NCBI RefSeq assembly: GCF_036321535.1 | Contig: NC_087436.1 | Location: 8,184,001-8,248,000 of the forward strand | Reading direction: 5' to 3' | Origin: Camelus dromedarius | Lineage: Eukaryota | Length of the DNA stretch: 64,000 nt | Part shown: piece after piece, positions 63,632 through 64,000 of the stretch | Numbering within the stretch: position 1 is the first letter of the stretch | How the letters are laid out: each line of letters opens with the position of its first letter | Notes under the pieces: generated by a model | The model's input: the letters and a program-made list of their open reading frames with translations, nothing else | What the model was told of the DNA's origin: nothing | Database searches by the model: none | Translations under genes and position numbers: made by a program

Positions 63632-64000
63632 TGTTACAGGGTGACCATGTCCTAGGTCTCGACTGATTCCCTGGGACGTGCCCTGCCAAATGTGGGTCCT
63701 TGGATTTGCCCATGAAAGAATTCAAGAGCGAGCCACAGTTGAGTAAAAGTAGATTTATTCAGAGAGATATGTACTCCATAGACAGAGTGCAGGCTGTCTT
63801 AGAAGGTGAGAGAGAGGCCATGAGGTGTGGGGTGGTTAGTTTTTATGGGCTTGGTGACTTCTTATGCTAACAAATGGGAGGATTATTCCAACTACTTTGG
63901 AGAAGGGTCAGAGATCTCCAGGAATTGGGCCACCACTCACTTTTTAACTTTTTATGGGCAGCCTTGGAACTGTCATGGAGCCTGTGGGAGTATCATTTAC
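63632..64000 (-). mobile_element. MER41-like ERV1 LTR, running off the window end
   Basis: Reverse-complement homolog of 19251-19822 (gaaagaattcaagagc, actccatagacagagtgc, attattccaactactttgg). Confidence 0.88.

Noticed and set aside
19251..64000. Intact provirus bounded by paired LTRs
   Set aside because: Homologous LTRs are inverted, diverged and tens of kb apart, with no matching internal region between them.
1..64000. CRISPR array, operon or other novel gene-encoded system
   Set aside because: No regularly spaced repeat-spacer array and no gene-dense coding structure; the sequence is mammalian noncoding DNA largely explained by transposon relics.

Overview
This is AT-rich, repeat-dense mammalian intergenic or deep-intronic DNA. 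It is most likely camelid, judged from six copies of a tRNA-Ala-derived Vic-1-type SINE plus artiodactyl-type L1 3' ends. I found no credible protein-coding exon, RNA gene or CRISPR array; the ORF-track entries are L1 ORF2 remnants, LTR or microsatellite read-through, or chance ORFs. The window holds old and young L1 fragments, L2/MIR, MaLR and ERV1 solo LTRs, two ERVL internal fossils, Tigger and hAT MITEs, and a decayed hAT (Blackjack-like) transposase. The most notable points are that fossil transposase, a MER41-like LTR with an intact GAS motif, a multi-layer retroviral nest at 46-49.5 kb, and local CpG/GC-gaining patches inside old repeats that may reflect GC-biased gene conversion. I see no evidence of a new gene-encoded system. 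Repeat family names come from recalled consensus sequences, not from a search.
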